NCBI GenBank assembly: GCA_045639725.1
Contig: JAZUDR010000018.1
Location: 1 to 48,342, forward strand
Direction: 5' to 3'
Length of the DNA stretch: 48,342 nucleotides
DNA from: Candidatus Avigastranaerophilus sp.
Lineage (GTDB): Bacteria; Muiribacteriota; Ozemobacteria; Ozemobacterales; Ozemobacteraceae
The notes below the pieces were generated by a model. The model saw only the letters and a list, made by a program, of their open reading frames with translations, was not told the origin of the DNA and did not search any database. A program made the position numbers and the translations under genes. Within the stretch, counting starts at the first letter, position 1. Every line of letters starts with the position of its first letter. Below, piece after piece: positions 9,905-18,408 of the stretch.

Positions 9905-10531
9905 ATGAAAAACGACTATATTATTCGAAAAGAAACTGAATCAGACTACTTTGAAGTAGAAAATCTTACTAGAGATGCCTTCTGGAATGTATACAGACCT
10001 GGCTGTCTTGAGCACTTTGTTTTACATAGATATCGCAGCTTACCTGGCTTTATTCCTGAATTGAGTTTATGCCTCATTGTAGACGGTAAACTAATAGGTC
10101 ACGTAATGTATGCTCATTCAGAAATAACAACTGATGATGGCAAGCATATTCCGATAATGACATTTGGCCCAATCAGTATTGCTCCGGAGTTCAAACGCAA
10201 GGGCTACGGCACTATTCTGTTGCGGGATTCCATGGAAAAGGCAAAACAGATGGGTGGCAAAGCTCTGGCAATCTGCGGAAATATCAATTTTTACGGCAAA
10301 TCCGGTTTTGTTGTCGCTAGCACAAAAGGTGTTCATTATTATGCTGAACCTAGAGAAAATGAAGTTCCATATTTTCTCATAAAGGAATTGGAAGAAGGCT
10401 TCTTGAGTGACGTCAACGGAACCTACAAGGACCCAGATGGCTACGATTGTGAAGGTGTAGATATCGACTCATTTGATTCGCAATTCCAGCCCAAGCAGAA
10501 ATTGAAGCTTCCTACCCAGATTTTCTCATAA
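9905..10531 (+). CDS. GNAT N-acetyltransferase (YhbS-like)
   Basis: IR.E...D...VE.LTR.AF start, FGPISIAPEFKRKGYG acetyl-CoA motif, G...FY.K.GF. Strong AGGAGG RBS. Confidence 0.88.
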   Translation: MKNDYIIRKETESDYFEVENLTRDAFWNVYRPGCLEHFVLHRYRSLPGFIPELSLCLIVDGKLIGHVMYAHSEITTDDGKHIPIMTFGPISIAPEFKRKGYGTILLRDSMEKAKQMGGKALAICGNINFYGKSGFVVASTKGVHYYAEPRENEVPYFLIKELEEGFLSDVNGTYKDPDGYDCEGVDIDSFDSQFQPKQKLKLPTQIFS

Positions 10532-10534
10532 TCG

Positions 10535-10584
10535 AAATCTATAAAAAAACCGTCTCTTTCGTGGAGGCGGGTTTTTATAGATTT
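10535..10584 (+). terminator. Intrinsic terminator
   Basis: AAATCTATAAAAA..CCGTCTC-loop-GAGGCGG..TTTTTATAGATTT hairpin directly after the stop codon. Confidence 0.75.
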
Positions 10585-10728
10585 GATTACGATAATGTTT
10601 CAAATTGTTTAAGCTTATTCATAAAACCGTGATTGTTAGAAAGATTCTAGTTTGCGAAAGGGTAGATGGTATGATAAATTAAATTTATATTATGGTCATT
10701 TCTCTGTGTTTTGAAAGGTAATAGACGA

Positions 10729-11958
10729 ATGTATTGTTATAAGTGTGGCAAAAGCTGGAAAAATGTTAATGGTACTAACCAGACTAGATTCTGCCCATTT
10801 TGCATGGCTACTTTAATAGGAGAAATACCTGTTGATAAATCAGAGGAACCGTCACAGGTAATAAAAGACATTGCTGAAGGCAAATACGGTGCTTACACTA
10901 TTTATAATCAAGAAAAGTGTAGCAGTTTATTTGCTAATTTAATACATGAGAAAAAAGATCGTAATTTATTGGAAATCCTGCTTAAATTAGGTGTTGCTGA
11001 TAGTTTTAATAAGAATAGTAATGAATTAAGCGATTCTGATAAAGAAAAGCTTATTAAAAGCGTTCGTGATAGTCTTTATAACGATTATTTTTCCGAAAAG
11101 CGCTTAAGCGAAGGTATAAATTGGTTTGCCAAGGCCTTGTTAGACGTTAACGAACAACAGGCAGAAAATGATGATACACAGTCTGAATCTAGCCAAGAAC
11201 AGACTTTGGATCAATTATTTACATTTTTAAAGCAGATTTTTAATATTGAGCTTGTTCTTTGTCCTGCAGGTACGTTTATGATGGGAAGTCCAATAAACGA
11301 ACTCGGGCGTTTTAATTGGGAAATTTATCATAAGGTAACTATTAGCAGTGATTTTTATATTGCTAGATTTCCTGTAACACAAGCTTTGTATAAAGCTGTT
11401 ATGGGGAATAACCCTTCTAAGTTTAAAGGGGATAATTGTCCTGTTGAACGTGTAAACTGGTTTAAGGCAAAAGAGTTTTGTGACAGACTGAATGAACAAA
11501 CCTTTTCAGTAAGACCGTCTGAATACAGATTTGATTTACCGACAGAAGCTCAGTGGGAATATGCCTGCCGCGCAGGCACAACAACCTCTCTGAACAGTGG
11601 TAAAAATATTATAACAGAAACCGGCAACTGCTCTGAACTTGATAGAGTTGGCTGGTATTATTTGAATTCTGGTGATAAGACTCATCAGGTTGGCGCTAAG
11701 AAGCCTAACTCATGGGGTATTTATGATATGCATGGCAATGTGTGGGAATGGTGTCGCGATTGGTATGGCGATTATCCCTCCGGGAACTGTATCGACCCAG
11801 AAGGTCCTGAAACAGGTATCAAACGCGTAGGCCGCGGTGGTGGAAGAGACAGCAGCCCAAGAAACTGCCGCTCTGCAAATCGTAACTATGACTTTCCTGG
11901 AAGTGAAGACAGTCGCCTCGGTTTCCGTCTAGCATTAGTGCCAACATCAAAAAAATAA
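10729..11958 (+). CDS. Zinc-ribbon plus helical domain plus FGE/SUMF1 (FGE-sulfatase) domain protein
   Basis: CYKC..CPFC; C-terminal GTFMMGS, PVTQ, PVERVNW, LPTEAQWEYACRAG, GIYDMHGNVWEWC and GFRL motifs. ATG 10729 preferred over TTG 10711. Confidence 0.88.
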   Translation: MYCYKCGKSWKNVNGTNQTRFCPFCMATLIGEIPVDKSEEPSQVIKDIAEGKYGAYTIYNQEKCSSLFANLIHEKKDRNLLEILLKLGVADSFNKNSNELSDSDKEKLIKSVRDSLYNDYFSEKRLSEGINWFAKALLDVNEQQAENDDTQSESSQEQTLDQLFTFLKQIFNIELVLCPAGTFMMGSPINELGRFNWEIYHKVTISSDFYIARFPVTQALYKAVMGNNPSKFKGDNCPVERVNWFKAKEFCDRLNEQTFSVRPSEYRFDLPTEAQWEYACRAGTTTSLNSGKNIITETGNCSELDRVGWYYLNSGDKTHQVGAKKPNSWGIYDMHGNVWEWCRDWYGDYPSGNCIDPEGPETGIKRVGRGGGRDSSPRNCRSANRNYDFPGSEDSRLGFRLALVPTSKK

Positions 11959-12081
11959 CAATATTATTCCAACAAACCTTCGTAAAGCACAAAACTTCGT
12001 ATAACCTACAAAACCTCTAATAACGAGTAACTTCCTAATCGGCTGTTTGGCCTGCTTTATCCGTTATCATCCTGTTATCCA

Positions 12082-12110
12082 TTGCAAAAATGGCGCCAAA
12101 ATGATAGAAT
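12082..12110 (+). promoter_or_regulatory. Sigma70 promoter with extended -10 for the ABC-F-clpS-clpA operon
   Basis: TTGCAA-17 nt-TAGAAT, with TG one base upstream of the -10. Confidence 0.6.
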
Positions 12111-12122
12111 CACAGCACAATT

Positions 12123-14123
12123 ATGTCACTGCAAATAAACAATTTAACTAAAGCTTTTAGCGTTAGAACGCTGTTTTCTGGGGTAACCTTCTCTGTAAAT
12201 CCGGGCGAATGTGTTGCACTTGTCGGCAATAACGGTACTGGTAAGTCTACTATGATGAAAATCATAATGGGCTTAGAGCATGCTGATACTGGCACTGTAA
12301 CAAGTCCAAAGGATGCTAAGATTGGTCATCTGCCTCAGGAAATTTTTCTGTCAGAAAATGGTCTGTGGGAAACAGAAAAAGAAACCCTGACTCTTTGGGA
12401 ATTAGCAACTCAGGCTTTTGATGGCCTTAAAAAAATAAAAGAACGCATTGAGGCTCTTGAAGCCCAGATGGCTGAAGGCAACATCGAAGAAAAGATTCAC
12501 GAAGAATACGAAAGACTTATTGCCAATTATGAAAAAGAAGGCGGTTATACTTGGCAGGCAAAAACTATCAGATTACTGAAGGGCTTTGGATTTGCTGAAG
12601 ACCGTTTTCACGAACCGCTAAGAAATTTCTCGGGCGGTTGGCAGATGAGAGCTTATTTTGCAAGACTTTTGCTTACAGAACCTGATTACTTGCTACTGGA
12701 CGAACCGACAAACTATCTTGATATTGCTTCCATTGCTTTCTTGGAAGACTATTTGAGCAATTACCAGGGTGGCATTCTTGTTGTCTCTCATGATAGATAT
12801 TTCCTTGATGAATTGGCAACATCAGTTGTAGCAATAGTTCCAGAAGGTTCAAGAACCTTTAGAGGAAATTATTCTGCTTTCCTTGAAGCTCGCGAGGAAT
12901 GGGCTGCAGAAGCCGCTGCAGCGCAGGAACGTCAGGATAAGGAAAGAAAAAGAATAGAACGTTTTGTAGAACGCTTTAGATATAAGGCTACAAAGGCTAC
13001 TCAGGTCCAGAGCCGCATTAAGACTCTGGAAAAGATGACTGAGATTGCCCAGATCCGTTCTTTACCAAAGCTAAGCTTTAGATTTCCTGACTGTGAACCT
13101 AGTGGTGAAGTTGTTCTTCGCGGTGAGCATGTAACAAAAGCTTTCGGAAATCATCAGGTTTTGAAGGATGTCAATTTTGTTATTAATCGTGGTGACAGAG
13201 TAGCAATTATCGGTGAAAATGGGGCTGGTAAGACCACCCTCGTTAGAATATTGGTTGGTGAAGACAATCTTTGGGGCGGTCGTCTTGAAAGCGGGTATAG
13301 AACTCATTTAGGTTATTTCGCTCAGGATGAAGAAATTAGTTTCGAAGGTGAGGAAACCATCGAAGATAGAATGCTTCGCGAAGCACCATTTGACGCTGTT
13401 CCTGAAGTAAGGAATATTTTAGGTGCTTTCCTGTTCTCTGGTGATGATGTAAAAAAGATGGTCAAGGTGTTGTCTGGCGGAGAAAAGAGCAGGTTAGGTC
13501 TGGCTAGAATGATGTTGAGACCCTGTAACGTTTTGATTCTTGACGAACCGACAAATCATCTTGATATTAGCAGCCGTGAGGCTTTACTTAATGCATTGGA
13601 TGATTTCCCGGGTACGGTAATAATTGTATCTCATGACAGATTTTTCCTTGATTCATTAGCAACACGCATTTTGAGTATTGAAAACGGAAAATCAATTTTG
13701 TATGATGGTAACTATAGCCAATACATGTGGGCTAGGGAGCGTCGGCTTGCTGATGAAGCTGATTCTATACAAGCTCAAGGTGTTGCTGGAATAGCTGCTT
13801 CAGTAAAAATTCCTGATGCAAAACAACAGGCTAGAGATACTGTGAAACAACAGAAGCAGCTTTCCAATAAGCTTCAAAAGCTTAAAAAAGATATTGAAGC
13901 CAAGGAAAACGAAATTGCTGAATTGGAAACAAAAATCAGTGAAGTTGAAGGTCAGTTGGCAGCACCACCTGATGGCTGGTCACCTGCTAAGATAGCAGAG
14001 GTTGCACAGCAGCATTCGGTTTTAAATGTTAAGCTTGATGAGGCTATGCAGGCTTGGGAGGATTTGAATTCTGAAAATGAGCAAACCTCCGAAGAATTGA
14101 AAGCGATTAGAGAAGGCAGATAA
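12123..14123 (+). CDS. ABC-F family ribosome-associated ATPase (YheS/YdiF/Uup-like)
   Basis: Two ABC domains (GNNGTGKS, FSGGW, LLLDEPTN; GENGAGKT, LSGGE, LILDEPTNHLD), interdomain linker, C-terminal coiled coil, no TM segments. Confidence 0.93.
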   Translation: MSLQINNLTKAFSVRTLFSGVTFSVNPGECVALVGNNGTGKSTMMKIIMGLEHADTGTVTSPKDAKIGHLPQEIFLSENGLWETEKETLTLWELATQAFDGLKKIKERIEALEAQMAEGNIEEKIHEEYERLIANYEKEGGYTWQAKTIRLLKGFGFAEDRFHEPLRNFSGGWQMRAYFARLLLTEPDYLLLDEPTNYLDIASIAFLEDYLSNYQGGILVVSHDRYFLDELATSVVAIVPEGSRTFRGNYSAFLEAREEWAAEAAAAQERQDKERKRIERFVERFRYKATKATQVQSRIKTLEKMTEIAQIRSLPKLSFRFPDCEPSGEVVLRGEHVTKAFGNHQVLKDVNFVINRGDRVAIIGENGAGKTTLVRILVGEDNLWGGRLESGYRTHLGYFAQDEEISFEGEETIEDRMLREAPFDAVPEVRNILGAFLFSGDDVKKMVKVLSGGEKSRLGLARMMLRPCNVLILDEPTNHLDISSREALLNALDDFPGTVIIVSHDRFFLDSLATRILSIENGKSILYDGNYSQYMWARERRLADEADSIQAQGVAGIAASVKIPDAKQQARDTVKQQKQLSNKLQKLKKDIEAKENEIAELETKISEVEGQLAAPPDGWSPAKIAEVAQQHSVLNVKLDEAMQAWEDLNSENEQTSEELKAIREGR

Positions 14124-14437
14124 TGGCAAAAGCAGCTTATGATAATGATTCTGAAGTGTTAGAAGTAACACGGAATGAAGTTAAGGAACCGTCGAAATAT
14201 AAGGTTTTGATGCTTAATGACGATTACACAACAATGGAATTTGTTATTGATGTATTAAGACAGATTTTTGGTCATTCCGCTGTTAAAGCAACTTCTATTA
14301 TGCTCAGCATTCACAACTATGGCATGGGACTGTGTGGAGTATATACGAAGGAAATTGCGGAAGCAAAAATTAATAAAGTGCATAATGCCGCTCGTGCAAA
14401 AGGCTTTCCGTTGAAGTGTGAAATGGAGAAGGAATAA
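14123..14437 (+). CDS. clpS: ATP-dependent Clp protease adaptor ClpS
   Basis: YKVLMLNDDYTTMEFV, MLSIH..G.G.CGVYT.EIAE.K and FPLKC motifs; directly upstream of clpA. Confidence 0.96.
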   Translation: MAKAAYDNDSEVLEVTRNEVKEPSKYKVLMLNDDYTTMEFVIDVLRQIFGHSAVKATSIMLSIHNYGMGLCGVYTKEIAEAKINKVHNAARAKGFPLKCEMEKE

Positions 14438-14440
14438 GCA

Positions 14441-16768
14441 ATGATTAGTCAGGACTTAGCTATTATTATTCAGGCAGTTATAGAAGAAGCTTCTAATGCA
14501 AACTGCGAATTTATTTCTGTAGAACATTTGCTTTATGGCGTTCTTCATGACGAATATGGTTCAAAGATTCTAGAAAGCTGTGGTTGTGATACCACAAAGC
14601 TTGAAACTGATTTGAAGAAATATTTTAAGGAAGAAATTCCCAAAATAGATCCAATGTCTTCAAATGTTCCTCAGCCGACACCAGGGTTTCAGCGCGTTTT
14701 AGAGCGTATGATGAATAACGTTGCTAGTTCAGGCAGAAATGAAGCTGATGGCAGCGATTTGCTTGTTGCTATTTTCGATGAAGAAGAATCTCACGCTGTT
14801 TATTTTCTGACAAAGCAGAAGGTTAAAAAGCTTGATGTCTTGGAATATATTGCACATGGCGGAAAGAAGAAAAATGCCAGTGGTAAGCGCCGAGGTATCG
14901 GTATTATTGTGGAACAGCACCACATTAGACCGCAAATGGGTGATGATGAAGAGGGGCCAGGAGTTAGCGACAATCCTCTTGAAGCCTATGCGGAATGTCT
15001 AAACGATAAAGCTGCTAAGGGTGAAATAGACCCATTGATAGGTCGTTCCCACGAAGTTAACAGAGCAATAGTTGTTATGAACCGCCGTCGCAAGAATAAC
15101 CTGATTTTTGTTGGCGAACCAGGTGTTGGAAAGACTGCTATTGTCGAAGGCATTGCACTTAGAATCCAACAGGGAAAGGTTCCTGAAACACTGAAAGATA
15201 CAAAAATTTATTCTCTGGATATAGGCTCTATGCTTGCTGGCAGTAAATACAGAGGTGAATTTGAAGCCCGTCTTAAAGGTGTTATGAAAGCTATTCAGGA
15301 AATACCTAATGTAATTCTTTTTATAGATGAAATTCATAATATCATTGGTGCTGGGGCTACTACTGGTGGTTCTATTGATGCCGCCAATATTTTAAAGCCT
15401 GCCTTAGGTGCTGGCAAAATCAGATGTATAGGCACTACAACTTTCGAAGAATACAAAAACTTTGATAAGGATAGAGCATTTTCTCGTCGCTTCCAGAAGA
15501 TAGATCTTTATGAACCTGATTTGATGGAAACAAGAAGAATTCTTTCTGGTTTAGCACCTGTTTATGAAGTTTTTCATAAAGTAAAAATTACAAAAGGCGC
15601 TATTAAGGCTGCAGCAGAGCTTTCTGCAAAATACATAAAAGAATCATTTTTGCCAGATAAGGCTATAGATGTTCTTGATGAAGCAGCTACAATTATCAAA
15701 CTAAAAAAGAACCCGGAAGAACGTATTGTAAAACGTGTTCATATTGAAAAAGCAGTTGCAAAAATAGCTAGGATACCAACTAGGCAGATTTCTTCCTCTG
15801 ACCAGGAAAAGCTTAAGAATCTCGAAGCTGAATTGAAGAGTGTTGTTTTCGGTCAGGATAAAGCTATTGAATCAATCGTTCGCTCAATAAAGATAGCTAG
15901 AGCTGGTATGGCTGGTGCAAACAAGCCGATAGGTTCTTTTCTTTTTACCGGGCCTACTGGTGTTGGTAAAACAGAAGTTGCTAAGCAGTTGGCAAAAGCT
16001 TTGGGCGTAAATTTCCTGCGATTCGACATGAGCGAATACATGGAAAAGCATGCTGTATCAAGATTTATAGGAGCTCCTCCAGGCTATGTCGGTTTTGACC
16101 AGGGTGGGGCGCTTACTGATTCTGTAAGGAAACAGCCTTATTCTGTGCTTTTGCTTGATGAAATAGAAAAAGCTCATCCAGATATTTTCAATATTCTTCT
16201 GCAGATTATGGATTATGCTACATTAACCGATAATGCTGGCAAAAAGGCTGATTTCCATAATATTATTCTTATAATGACGTCTAATGCAGGTGCGAGAGAA
16301 ATGGCCAAGGGGTCTATAGGTTTTTCTAAGGATGCAAAAGATGCTGAATGGAAAGGCAAAGAAGCCATTGAAAAACTTTTCTCACCAGAATTCAGAAATA
16401 GATTAGACGGCATAATCAACTTCAAGCCTCTTTCTGCTGAAAATATCAGAATGGTTGTAGACAAGTTTGTAGGTGAACTTAACGCTCAGCTTGCTGAACG
16501 CAGAGTAAAGATACTTCTTGATGAAGCTGGTCGTGGTTGGCTTGCTGAAAAGGGCTATGACCCGATAAATGGTGCAAGACCACTTGCCAGAGTAATTAAC
16601 CGTGAAATAAAGGATGCCTTAGCTGAAGAAATTCTTTTTGGTAAGCTGGAAAAGGGTGGAACTGTGACCCTTAGCAAGAATGTCAAGGAAAACAAGCTTA
16701 AATTTGTTTATAAAGGTATTGTTAAGCCCAAGAAGAAAGCAGAACCAAAAAGTAAAGTAAAAGCTTAA
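14441..16768 (+). CDS. clpA: ATP-dependent Clp protease ATP-binding subunit ClpA
   Basis: Clp N domain, two AAA+ modules (GEPGVGKT, GPTGVGKT), no long middle domain, IGF ClpP-docking loop, adjacent to clpS. Confidence 0.95.
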   Translation: MISQDLAIIIQAVIEEASNANCEFISVEHLLYGVLHDEYGSKILESCGCDTTKLETDLKKYFKEEIPKIDPMSSNVPQPTPGFQRVLERMMNNVASSGRNEADGSDLLVAIFDEEESHAVYFLTKQKVKKLDVLEYIAHGGKKKNASGKRRGIGIIVEQHHIRPQMGDDEEGPGVSDNPLEAYAECLNDKAAKGEIDPLIGRSHEVNRAIVVMNRRRKNNLIFVGEPGVGKTAIVEGIALRIQQGKVPETLKDTKIYSLDIGSMLAGSKYRGEFEARLKGVMKAIQEIPNVILFIDEIHNIIGAGATTGGSIDAANILKPALGAGKIRCIGTTTFEEYKNFDKDRAFSRRFQKIDLYEPDLMETRRILSGLAPVYEVFHKVKITKGAIKAAAELSAKYIKESFLPDKAIDVLDEAATIIKLKKNPEERIVKRVHIEKAVAKIARIPTRQISSSDQEKLKNLEAELKSVVFGQDKAIESIVRSIKIARAGMAGANKPIGSFLFTGPTGVGKTEVAKQLAKALGVNFLRFDMSEYMEKHAVSRFIGAPPGYVGFDQGGALTDSVRKQPYSVLLLDEIEKAHPDIFNILLQIMDYATLTDNAGKKADFHNIILIMTSNAGAREMAKGSIGFSKDAKDAEWKGKEAIEKLFSPEFRNRLDGIINFKPLSAENIRMVVDKFVGELNAQLAERRVKILLDEAGRGWLAEKGYDPINGARPLARVINREIKDALAEEILFGKLEKGGTVTLSKNVKENKLKFVYKGIVKPKKKAEPKSKVKA

Positions 16769-16807
16769 AAAAGAAAGTTCCAAACAAGCTAGTTTGGGAC
16801 TTTTTTT
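16769..16807 (+). terminator. Intrinsic terminator after clpA
   Basis: AAAGTTCCAAAC-loop-GTTTGGGACTTTTTTT. Confidence 0.75.
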
Positions 16808-16878
16808 ATTGGATAAGTAATCTATTTGAGGTTTTTAACGCTAAGTAATATTTGGCTGAAAAATAACAAAAAAATAGT

Positions 16879-16905
16879 TAAACATTTTTAGACTTCTGTC
16901 GATGA
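16879..16905 (+). promoter_or_regulatory. Candidate sigma28 (FliA/SigD-type) promoter
   Basis: TAAA-15 nt-GTCGATGA versus consensus TAAA-N15-GCCGATAA. Confidence 0.4.
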
Positions 16906-16991
16906 GACGCGTGACGTACTTATACGCCCTTAAAAGGATAGTGTCAAAAAACTGTTCTTTAAGTCTTTCTTGTCTATAAAAGGAGTCTGGT

Positions 16992-18263
16992 ATGAAAAAA
17001 AATACCGCTATAGCTGCTATTGCAGCTGCCTTGCTTATTGGCTCAGGTGCTTTTGCACAGGGCTATTACAACAATAATTCGCAGGCGCAGCTAAGACAAT
17101 ACGGCTTTTCCAACACAGCTCAGTCAGCTGTATACGGAGGAGTGTCTGCTAATTATTCTGCAGTCTCAGCGGACGTTGCAGAAAGCGAAATGCTGCCCCC
17201 TATTACAATGAGCGACTCGTCTAATACGCCGAAACAGATGAGTCTGCCTCCTATTACGGTGTCTGAAAATTCTGGTTCTACAAGAACTAGTAATGTGGCA
17301 AAGCCCGTTGCAGCTAAGAAAAAGACTACTGCAAAGAAGTCTTCGTCCAAGAGCAATGAAATCTATTCCCATAATTCTGTAGCATTACCACCAGTAACAA
17401 CTCTTCCTGTTCCTTCCAGAACTGTTCTTCCACCATTGTATTCTGATACAATGATGACTGTGCCTGTAGAAGAAACTCCGACAAGAGTTCTTGCCTGCAA
17501 TATGGGTGGTTATACCGGTCTTATTGAAACAATTTCTGCTGATGTAAGCAAGGCTGGCTCGTTTAAGCTCGGCTTCCATTCAAGCTGGTATGATGTAGAT
17601 AGAGTATATGACCGCTCACTTTCCAATAATGAAAGCGGTGATATGCTCACAATCCCATTGTATTTTAACTATGCTATAACTGACGACTTGGAAGTTGTTT
17701 ACACAATTCCGATTGTCGACTATACAATTAAATCCAGAATTCTTTGGAAAAACGATATTTCTGAATCAGGTTGCGGAGACTCAACTCTTGGTTTTAAATA
17801 CAAGATTTTTGACAATCCAACTTATCAGACACGTGGTGCAATTGGTCTTGGTTTCAAATTCCCGACAGGTAATGATGACAAAGGCCTGGGAACTGGCGAA
17901 ACAGACTTCACGATTTACACTGCATTTTCAAAGAATTTCGAACGTATTGTTGCTCACCTGAATCTTGGTTACACTATGACCGGTGATCCTAATACCCGAT
18001 ATTATCCAGACGGTCTCGCTGACAAATTTTTCTATAACATTGGTATTGAATATCCTCACACTCATAATGTGACTGTTATGGCTGAAATCGCTGGCGAAGA
18101 CTGGGGTGCAGAAGGTAGTAAAGTAGACGTAATTCCTGGCATCCGTTACAGTCCGACGGAAAACTTCTCTTTTGAAGTCGGCGTTCCGATTGCTGTAACC
18201 AATGACCAGCGCTACGGCTACAATTACCGTCTTGTTCTCGGTCTCAACACTTTCTTCCAGTAA
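16992..18263 (+). CDS. Outer-membrane beta-barrel protein (MetA-pathway/SphA 'transporter'-like) with low-complexity N-terminal region
   Basis: Sec signal peptide ending AFA, Pro/Ser/Thr/Lys-rich linker, then amphipathic strands with G.GD..LG.KY and PTG..D.GLGTG motifs and an aromatic C-terminal strand. Confidence 0.7.
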   Translation: MKKNTAIAAIAAALLIGSGAFAQGYYNNNSQAQLRQYGFSNTAQSAVYGGVSANYSAVSADVAESEMLPPITMSDSSNTPKQMSLPPITVSENSGSTRTSNVAKPVAAKKKTTAKKSSSKSNEIYSHNSVALPPVTTLPVPSRTVLPPLYSDTMMTVPVEETPTRVLACNMGGYTGLIETISADVSKAGSFKLGFHSSWYDVDRVYDRSLSNNESGDMLTIPLYFNYAITDDLEVVYTIPIVDYTIKSRILWKNDISESGCGDSTLGFKYKIFDNPTYQTRGAIGLGFKFPTGNDDKGLGTGETDFTIYTAFSKNFERIVAHLNLGYTMTGDPNTRYYPDGLADKFFYNIGIEYPHTHNVTVMAEIAGEDWGAEGSKVDVIPGIRYSPTENFSFEVGVPIAVTNDQRYGYNYRLVLGLNTFFQ

Positions 18264-18277
18264 AACTCCTTTAATAT

Positions 18278-18323
18278 AAAGAAACACCGCCTCTATTTTG
18301 GGATAGGGGCGGTGTTTCTTTTT
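18278..18323 (+). terminator. Intrinsic terminator
   Basis: AAAGAAACACCGCCTCTAT / ATAGGGGCGGTGTTTCTTTTT long stem. Confidence 0.85.
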
Positions 18324-18341
18324 GCATTTAATCTTTATTTC

Positions 18342-18370
18342 TTGCCTATTTTTGCATGGTACATTATAAT
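18342..18370 (+). promoter_or_regulatory. Sigma70 promoter of the pilin-like operon
   Basis: TTGCCT-17 nt-TATAAT. Confidence 0.7.
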
Positions 18371-18408
18371 CTAAAATAAGAGTTAATCTATCTCTAAGAG
18401 GTTTTATC

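Noticed and set aside
11800-12060. Diversity-generating retroelement targeting the FGE/CLec C-terminus
   Set aside because: No second copy (template repeat) of the 3' end and no reverse transcriptase in the window; a remote DGR cannot be excluded.
11970-12082. Imperfect ACAAA(A/C)CTTCGTA repeats and TTATCC DnaA-box-like words
   Set aside because: Short and degenerate; no full TTATCCACA box and no oriC context.
16900-16990. Known riboswitch (e.g. c-di-GMP) upstream of the barrel gene
   Set aside because: No recognisable aptamer consensus or convincing stems.
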